Of a DNA stretch of 64,000 bases, positions 58,636 through 64,000 are shown in pieces. The stretch covers positions 992,001 to 1,056,000 of the forward strand of contig CAXXXD010000003.1 of assembly GCA_963663385.2 (NCBI GenBank), written 5' to 3'. Position 1 is the first letter of the stretch. Every line of letters starts with the position of its first letter. The position numbers and the translations under genes are program-made. The stretch is from Oceanispirochaeta sp. Lineage in GTDB: Bacteria; Spirochaetota; Spirochaetia; DSM-2461. Under the pieces are notes generated by a model. It saw only the letters and a program-made list of their open reading frames with translations, did no database searches and was not told the origin of the DNA.

Positions 58636-59739
58636 TTGATGAACAACAAAATGAAAGAAAAGCTGATTGCTTTTTCCGAAAAACTGGTCAATCAGGAAGA
58701 CGCGAAAATTATTGTACCAGCTCAGGATGCCTCGACCGGATTCTGGTTCGGGGGCGGGAAAATGATCTGTGACGAAAAAGGTGACCTTTATGTAAGCGGG
58801 CGCTACCGAAATTTCGGGGATTCCCGTACTGGTACGGGGGCCGGTGTTCGCGGACTGGAACTGGCTATATTCAAGTCCAGTGATAAAGGCAAAAACTTTG
58901 AGAAAGTAAAATCTTTCAGTAAGAAAGATCTGAATATCAATGGTAGAGAGATTCTTTCCATAGAGGGAACAGCCTTAAATCTTACGGAAGACGGGGTGGA
59001 GATGTTTATTTCAACGGAGAAACTGAACCGACCCTTTCCGGAAGGTCTGGAACAATTCCATAAACCCGGAACCGGCTCCTGGACCATTGAGCTGATGAAA
59101 GCTGATTCAGTAAAGAACCTCAGTACAGATAATTATGAAACCATATTGGAAACAAACGATCCCCGCTGGTTCAATATCAAAGATCCCTTCGTTTATAGAA
59201 CCAGGGAAGATGATCTTATTCTCGGTTACTGTACTCATCCCTTTAACTGGGCCAGTTCAAATACGGGATATGTGGTCAGAAAGAAAGGAGAAAGCAGTTT
59301 TTCTGCTCAGTGTAATACTTTTTTTCCAAGGGGATTCTGCTGGGATGTTGGAATAACAAGAGGAACCGCTTTTCTCCGGGTACCACGGATCGGTTTATTC
59401 GAAAACGAGGATCTGACTCTCTGTTTTTATGACGGTGGAGAGGCAATGCGCAGTTACGAAGCCCATGCCAATGCAGTTAAGCGTCCCAGGGGATCCTCCT
59501 GTGAAGAGTTGGGCGGTCTTGCCTTTTTCAGAGGGGATAATCTGAAAAGCATGGAACGTTTATCTACTGTTCTTCCCCAGTTTGTTTCTCCCTGGGGTAC
59601 CGGATGCAGCCGGTATGTGGATGTACTGGAGACAGAAGAGGGCTTTTATACCACCTGGCAGCAGTGTCAGGAAGATCTCTCTCAGCCTCTGGTAATGAAT
59701 TTTGTAAAAAAAGAGGAGGCAGTCAGAATCCTTACATAA
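58636..59739 (+). CDS. Cytoplasmic beta-propeller protein, putative glycoside hydrolase
   Basis: Asp-box-like SSDKGKNF, KDP and RY; last gene of a sugar ABC operon; no signal peptide. Confidence 0.55.
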   Translation: MMNNKMKEKLIAFSEKLVNQEDAKIIVPAQDASTGFWFGGGKMICDEKGDLYVSGRYRNFGDSRTGTGAGVRGLELAIFKSSDKGKNFEKVKSFSKKDLNINGREILSIEGTALNLTEDGVEMFISTEKLNRPFPEGLEQFHKPGTGSWTIELMKADSVKNLSTDNYETILETNDPRWFNIKDPFVYRTREDDLILGYCTHPFNWASSNTGYVVRKKGESSFSAQCNTFFPRGFCWDVGITRGTAFLRVPRIGLFENEDLTLCFYDGGEAMRSYEAHANAVKRPRGSSCEELGGLAFFRGDNLKSMERLSTVLPQFVSPWGTGCSRYVDVLETEEGFYTTWQQCQEDLSQPLVMNFVKKEEAVRILT

Positions 59740-59769
59740 ACTGCTGAAAAGGAGAACAGACTCAACTGA

Positions 59770-61950
59770 TCATTCAGTGAGCTGTTCTCTTTCAGCTTCA
59801 ACCATTAACCTTTCAATTCCGGGTACAAGATTCCTGACATAGGCATCCAGATCCGGGATTTCCTGTCGGTGAAAGCGGAACCCTATGGCTCCGGGATGCC
59901 CCCCGCCATTTCCAATGTGAAACTCATCCAGAATTTTCCGGACATCCAGGTCCTTGTAGCTTCGGCTCCGTCTGATTCTGAACTGTATCAGGTCAGAATC
60001 CTGCTTATCATCGTAGTAGGCCACAAGGCTGAGCTGGCGGCTCATTTCTGCCAGTGAATCTGCTGTATAGCGGGCTACGGTAACAATCGTTTCATGATCG
60101 TACTTCTTTCTCATCTCTTCAATTATTCTTTGAGGTATAATAACCGTTCCGATTCTGGGTGAAATAACAACTTTCTGATCCATCATTAGGCGATGGCATT
60201 CATCTTCTTCAAAGGATAGCTGCTGCAGTCCTTCGAAAACTTCATCCATGGTTGAGAAGTTATTGGAGTCTTTTCGGGTAATATTGGACAGAAGCTGGTT
60301 GAACATGGTGCTGAAAAGCCTGTAGAACCATCTCTCCCGTCTTGTTTTAAGATATTTTCCCATTTTGGAATCCCCGATGATTCCCGTCAGAACGGCCAGT
60401 ACAAAGTTCCGGGAAAACAGCTCCTGAATATTAAATGACCGTATCAGTTCTTCCCGGTTCTTCAATTTTAAGGCAAGCATCCCTACCAGTTCACTGGCGG
60501 ACGACGCTTCATCTACCAGGCAATAGCCTGTATCACCGATATATGCACTGTCTGCCTCCAGGTGATGATCAATTTCAATTTTGAGTATATCCGGATCATA
60601 CATCAGTTGACGGGAATCTCTGAATTTCTCCTGCATAACCGGTTTGGGGGTATCCATTATAAAGATTGTGGAAATATTTCCTGGAAGTTTGTCATTGTTG
60701 CTGAATATCTGAATATCATTATAACGGCAGATGTTCAGAAGATACTGAAAGTTCTCGTGAATCTTTCCGGGAATAAGCAGGCAGGCTGTTTTGGAAAATT
60801 TATTCAAAAGAATACTGATGGCGATCATGGAAGATATACAATCTTCATCAGGGTTCTGATGACCAGTCACCAGGAAATTATCCCTGTCTGCCATGGCATC
60901 CAGGATATTGTTTATAGTCCTGTTTCTTTGCCTGATACTATCAATGCGGGTCTTGGCCAATTTCTTCCCCTTCCGGACACTCCAGAGGCGTGCCGTATCA
61001 CGGCCTGCTTCCTTGGCCAGATAAAGGGCTTTATCTGCCGTTTCAAGCAGTTTTTCCGGGATAACGCCATGATCAGGGCAGCAGGAAATACCAATGCTGG
61101 CGGTAACTTTTTTAAGAGAACCGTCCAGATTTTCCAGGGTATTGATTGTTCTGAGTTCCTCATTCAGGGCAGAGCAGATTTCCAGGGCTTCTTTCCCCTC
61201 GGTAGAAGGGCAGAGGAAGAAAAACTCGTCTCCTCCATAGCGGGCCAGGATATCTTTCTTTCTGAAAAGCTTTTTGAAAACTGCTACCGCTTCAAGAAGA
61301 ACTTTATCTCCTGTTTCCTGGCCGTACAGATTGTTCAGAGTGCCGAAGTGATCCAGATCAATCATTATTATGCTGAGAGGTGTTCCGCTATTCCTGGATT
61401 CTAAAACCCTCTCTTCTATTGCTTCATCAATAAAACGGCGGTTAAAAAGTCCGGTAAAGTCGTCGGTTATAGCCCGGACCCTGGCCTGTTCACCCCATGT
61501 AACCATATCCGATAGGAACGCTCCCGTATTTTTAAGGCGGATGGTGAGGGTATTCAGCATTTTATGCATAATACTGATGCCTGCTTCCGGTTTATTCCCG
61601 ATGTAGTCGTAAAAATCTGCCGCATTCAGGCTTAGCACTATAGTATCGCATTTGGGAATGCAGGTAGCGGAACGGGCGGAGCTGTCAAATATGGACATTT
61701 CTCCCAGAAAATTTCCCTCCGTTATTTCTGCAATCTCCAGGGATTCTCCTCCTCTGGTATTAACGGATATGGCAACGGAACCGGATAATACAATATACAT
61801 TATCTCTCCATCGTCACCTTCGTTAAACAGTACCTCTCCCTCCCGATAGCTTTCTTCTTTCATATGGGTATACAGGGCTTCCAGTTCATCTTCATTAAGA
61901 GAGGATAGAATATCAATGGAGTGCAGGATTTCAATTGGGGTACGGTTCAT
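59770..61950 (-). CDS. cNMP-binding + GGDEF + DHH/DHHA1 fusion protein
   Basis: cNMP domain (FNEGD, GEMS, RSAT); GGDEF domain (DDFTGLFNRR, DLDHF, RKKD-ILARYGGDEF); DHH domain (HQNPDEDC, MDT, IDHH, GIIGDS, GGGHPGAIG). Confidence 0.9.
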   Translation of the reverse strand: MNRTPIEILHSIDILSSLNEDELEALYTHMKEESYREGEVLFNEGDDGEIMYIVLSGSVAISVNTRGGESLEIAEITEGNFLGEMSIFDSSARSATCIPKCDTIVLSLNAADFYDYIGNKPEAGISIMHKMLNTLTIRLKNTGAFLSDMVTWGEQARVRAITDDFTGLFNRRFIDEAIEERVLESRNSGTPLSIIMIDLDHFGTLNNLYGQETGDKVLLEAVAVFKKLFRKKDILARYGGDEFFFLCPSTEGKEALEICSALNEELRTINTLENLDGSLKKVTASIGISCCPDHGVIPEKLLETADKALYLAKEAGRDTARLWSVRKGKKLAKTRIDSIRQRNRTINNILDAMADRDNFLVTGHQNPDEDCISSMIAISILLNKFSKTACLLIPGKIHENFQYLLNICRYNDIQIFSNNDKLPGNISTIFIMDTPKPVMQEKFRDSRQLMYDPDILKIEIDHHLEADSAYIGDTGYCLVDEASSASELVGMLALKLKNREELIRSFNIQELFSRNFVLAVLTGIIGDSKMGKYLKTRRERWFYRLFSTMFNQLLSNITRKDSNNFSTMDEVFEGLQQLSFEEDECHRLMMDQKVVISPRIGTVIIPQRIIEEMRKKYDHETIVTVARYTADSLAEMSRQLSLVAYYDDKQDSDLIQFRIRRSRSYKDLDVRKILDEFHIGNGGGHPGAIGFRFHRQEIPDLDAYVRNLVPGIERLMVEAEREQLTE

Positions 61951-62945
61951 GGCTTATCTCTCAGATCTTCAGGAAACAGAACCAGGTCCCCGCCCCGTCT
62001 TCTTCCCTCCAGAGGGAGTTCATGGGTCTGGGAGGCCAGTGCTTCAGGGCTGGTTCCATTTTCCGGAAAAAGGGATATCCCCACACTTCCAGTAAGGGGG
62101 AAATCTTTCCCGCCGCACACGGAACTGACATCCAGGTGATGGATAAAGTCCCTGATCGAGACTCCAAGGCTATAGGCTTCTTTCCGGGATGGATTATTCA
62201 GAATAACTGCCATGGCGTTCCCTTTGTAACGGACCACCCTGTTGTCATCCCCGATAAAATCCCGCAGCCTTCTGGCGATTATTCTGATAGCCGAATCACC
62301 TGCCTCATGACCGTATGTATCATTCAGGTCTTTAAAGTTATCCGGTTTGACGATCAGAAGGGCAAAACGATTTTCCCCTTTCACCATTTTACGAATCTTC
62401 TCCATAAGAAAAACCTGATTATAGATTCCGGTCAGTTTATCCCTGTATACCTGTTTTTTCAGTTCCTGCATAAGGGGGGAATTCTCTTTGATAAGAGCAT
62501 TGGCGCTTCGGATCCTGCCGGCAAAATTCACAAGGATTTTGTGAAGGATACGGGCTGAAAGATCCGGATGGGTATTTAAAATTTCCCTGAAACCGGTTCC
62601 GGCTTTAGGAAAAATAAGCAATTTTGTCTCTTTCATAGCCAGTGCATTAGCCTCCCGGGGTGTTTCAGTAAACAGATCGAGCTCTCCGAAACAGCTGCCG
62701 GGTATAAGTCGTGCGATATCAACTCCTTCTTCAAACTCTTCTTCCCGCCGGACAACAACTTCACCGGACTGAACAATGTACAGGGCTGAACCCGGGTCTC
62801 CCTCTGAAAAGACAGGCTCTCCTTTGGTAAAAACTCTATACTCGCTGTTATTGGCAATAATTTTTATTTCATGTGTCAGTAGCAGGGAGAATATATCCGT
62901 CTGTTTAAGAAGATCCGATTTTGAAGAAGGCAGTTTTCTAGGCAT
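61947..62945 (-). CDS. cNMP-binding + degenerate GGDEF protein
   Basis: FSEGD, FGELD and PREANA; DKLTGIYN and FKDLNDTYGHEAGD, but RYKGNAM replaces RYGGDEF. Confidence 0.85.
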   Translation of the reverse strand: MPRKLPSSKSDLLKQTDIFSLLLTHEIKIIANNSEYRVFTKGEPVFSEGDPGSALYIVQSGEVVVRREEEFEEGVDIARLIPGSCFGELDLFTETPREANALAMKETKLLIFPKAGTGFREILNTHPDLSARILHKILVNFAGRIRSANALIKENSPLMQELKKQVYRDKLTGIYNQVFLMEKIRKMVKGENRFALLIVKPDNFKDLNDTYGHEAGDSAIRIIARRLRDFIGDDNRVVRYKGNAMAVILNNPSRKEAYSLGVSIRDFIHHLDVSSVCGGKDFPLTGSVGISLFPENGTSPEALASQTHELPLEGRRRGGDLVLFPEDLRDKP

Positions 62946-63111
62946 GACAGCTCCGAAAGATGTTTTTCCAATTACGTAGTGTTCATTTTAATAAAGTATA
63001 ATTCTTCAGTCTATAAATATACATGTATATTACGAATAAAAAGACAATTCTTCTATCAGATTTTGACCGGGGGGGCCTGACAGGGCAGGGGGTTATTAAT
63101 ATACTATCCGC

Positions 63112-63729
63112 ATGTCAGAAAAGTGTCTAAAGTGTTTCCGCCCGTTACATACCTGTTACTGCAGGTATATCCATCCTGTAGAGACTCAGGTAAAATTTGT
63201 TTTTCTCATGCATCCCTGGGAGGCTTATAAACAGAAAACCGGAACGGGTCGTCTGGCAAGTCTCTCTCTGGAAAATTCCGAGATTATAGTGGGCAAGAGT
63301 TTTGATCAGAACAGGCGAGTCAAACAGCTTATTCAGGATTCTTCCTATTATCCTATGGTCCTTTATCCGGGAGAGAATGCCTGTTTTGCAGAGACCTTCA
63401 ATTTTGAGGAAAATTCCGGGGGGCGAAAACTGCTTGTATTTCTGCTGGATGCCACATGGGTTCTGGCGCGAAAAATGATGTATCGCAGCAAATGCCTTCA
63501 AGAGCTGCCCCGATTAAGTTTCAGCCGTGCCTACCGTTCTGAATTTGCCATAAAAACGCAACCTGCCGATTACTGCCTTTCCACAATAGAATCTGTCTAC
63601 TATCTGATACAGGAGCTCAGGAAATCCGGTGTCTGTCCGAAAGAGACAGATCCCTCAGGGCTTCTTGATATTTTTAGAATGATGGTATCTTTTCAGCAGG
63701 AATGCCGCAAAAAAAGAATCGGTACTTAA
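63112..63729 (+). CDS. DTW-domain tRNA-uridine aminocarboxypropyltransferase (TapT/YfiP-like)
   Basis: CLKC......CYC, HPWE, TGRL, LLDATW and LSTIE. Confidence 0.88.
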   Translation: MSEKCLKCFRPLHTCYCRYIHPVETQVKFVFLMHPWEAYKQKTGTGRLASLSLENSEIIVGKSFDQNRRVKQLIQDSSYYPMVLYPGENACFAETFNFEENSGGRKLLVFLLDATWVLARKMMYRSKCLQELPRLSFSRAYRSEFAIKTQPADYCLSTIESVYYLIQELRKSGVCPKETDPSGLLDIFRMMVSFQQECRKKRIGT

Positions 63730-63761
63730 TAGATTAAAATTTATTAAATACCGATTCTTTT
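63713..63761. terminator. Hairpin/terminator after the DTW gene
   Basis: AAAGAATCGGTACTTAATA...TATTAAATACCGATTCTTTT inverted repeat. Confidence 0.6.
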
Positions 63762-63788
63762 GACAAATCGGAAAACTATACTTATATT
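63760..63788 (+). promoter_or_regulatory. Putative sigma-70 promoter
   Basis: TTGACA-N17-TATATT upstream of ATG 63816. Confidence 0.6.
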
Positions 63789-63815
63789 GTAATAAATATA
63801 TATAAGGATATTGTT

Positions 63816-64000
63816 ATGAATGTAGTTGCGTTACTGGCTGGTATATTAATTTTATTTTTCGGTTTTCAATATTTTATGGTAATTAAAATGAAGCTGAAAA
63901 AAGGAAAGCCTGCTCCGGCGCTCTCCGGTCAATATGCGAAGGCTGTAAAAAACAAAAAGACCTCCCTCTTCTATTTTTACAGTCCTGCCTGCGGTGCCTG
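63816..64000 (+). CDS. Membrane-anchored thioredoxin-family protein (3'-truncated by window edge)
   Basis: Not in the ORF track. Manual translation MNVVALLAGILILFFGFQYFMVIKMKLKKGKPAP...LFYFYSPACGA(C) gives a TM helix and a probable CxxC motif; the last codon is cut at TG. Confidence 0.75.
   Translation, partial: MNVVALLAGILILFFGFQYFMVIKMKLKKGKPAPALSGQYAKAVKNKKTSLFYFYSPACGA

Noticed and set aside
60960..61480. Hypr-type (cGAMP-forming) GGDEF
   Set aside because: The guanine-specificity Asp is retained (ETGD) rather than replaced by Ser.
61935..62558. 207-aa plus-strand ORF (and 60562-61404, 280 aa)
   Set aside because: Antisense to the cNMP-GGDEF genes, with no independent coding signal.

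Overview
A gene-dense 64 kb bacterial chromosome segment with no integrase, transposase, phage module, rRNA or CRISPR array. A free-living anaerobic spirochaete is the likely source, inferred from the signal-peptide style and the protein families. In order, the window holds: SPOR protein (5'-truncated), lipoprotein, DHH/NrnA, MocA-like NTP transferase, sigma-54 pspA-pspC, membrane GGDEF protein, AraC/GyrI + TsaA-like + PNPOx-like + MalY genes, and a large HExxH outer-membrane protein. These are followed by two identical tRNA-Gly(TCC) genes with downstream repeats containing anti-tRNA sequence, a purB-guaB-purA-guaA operon, and a Cache/PAS sensor-rsbRSTX stressosome-hybrid kinase operon. Next come an S41 peptidase pair, a cobalamin-riboswitch-controlled ABC importer, a large cNMP-domain protein, and arcA-argF converging on a complete B12-dependent ornithine oxidation operon (ord-ortA-ortB-oraS-oraE-glmL-like-orr), with alr and a TrmB regulator. 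The window ends with adenine deaminase, a ROK + sugar ABC locus, a cNMP-GGDEF pair, a DTW protein and a truncated thioredoxin. The most notable items are: (1) a cNMP-GGDEF-DHH/DHHA1 fusion coupled to a cNMP/pseudo-GGDEF partner; (2) an ornithine racemase fused to a catalytically dead arginase fold; (3) a stressosome with a non-canonical RsbS, an output-less Cache sensor and a hybrid kinase carrying a pseudo-RsbT N-terminus; (4) 79-bp repeats carrying the complement of the tRNA-Gly 3' end. All family calls come from motif recognition by eye; no searches were run.
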